Source: Candidatus Hydrogenedentales bacterium (GTDB lineage: Bacteria; Hydrogenedentota; Hydrogenedentia; Hydrogenedentales; JAEUWI01). From it: a DNA stretch of 49,633 nucleotides. The notes under the pieces are model-generated. The model had not been told where the DNA came from and made no database searches. It saw only the letters and a program-made list of their open reading frames with translations. The first letter of the stretch is position 1; every line of letters starts with the position of its first letter. Of the stretch, positions 49,621-49,633 are shown one piece after another. Both the position numbers and the translations under genes were made by a program. The stretch spans positions 1-49,633 of the forward strand of contig JBIJDL010000002.1 of assembly GCA_044344195.1 (NCBI GenBank), read 5' to 3'.

Positions 49621-49633
49621 CCCTTTTTGGGGT

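Overview
GC-rich bacterial chromosomal segment. The gene content points to Planctomycetota/PVC-like or a related uncultured lineage: a DUF1501 + PSCyt/DUF1549/DUF1553 gene pair, a second PSCyt gene at the left edge, a TAT-signal Gfo/Idh/MocA oxidoreductase, very large secreted beta-propeller proteins and a tricorn-like protease. I support about 40 CDS. Most are housekeeping or envelope genes: glyQS, rsgA, ilvE, pilT, an lptD-like gene, an MBOAT/SGNH pair, a DegT aminotransferase, a PfkB kinase, an M20 amidohydrolase and a class II aldolase. Four toxin-antitoxin/Abi modules sit at junctions between these genes: HigB + HigA-ImmA fusion, AbiEi/AbiEii, RelE + antitoxin, and VapBC. A visibly lower-GC islet (about 20.4-24.1 kb) next to AbiE holds orphan membrane-associated genes and is my best candidate for an undescribed module. 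I found no rRNA, tRNA, CRISPR array, transposase, integrase or reverse transcriptase. The non-coding DNA is unusually structured: (1) two adjacent heptanucleotide arrays, (GAAGGAT)9 and (CAACTAT/CAACCAT)14, directly upstream of pilT; (2) a heptamer array and its inverted array around a core palindrome at the right edge; (3) a palindrome built from 9-mers; (4) a tandem pair of about 175-nt structured repeats after rsgA; (5) two copies of a 250-300 nt inverted-repeat element flanking a HEAT-repeat gene; (6) a fossil copy of a gene 3' end that, with the intact gene end, brackets the VapBC cassette. All functional calls come from motif recognition by eye, with no database search. Many long ORFs in the supplied track are antisense shadows typical of GC-rich DNA and were rejected.
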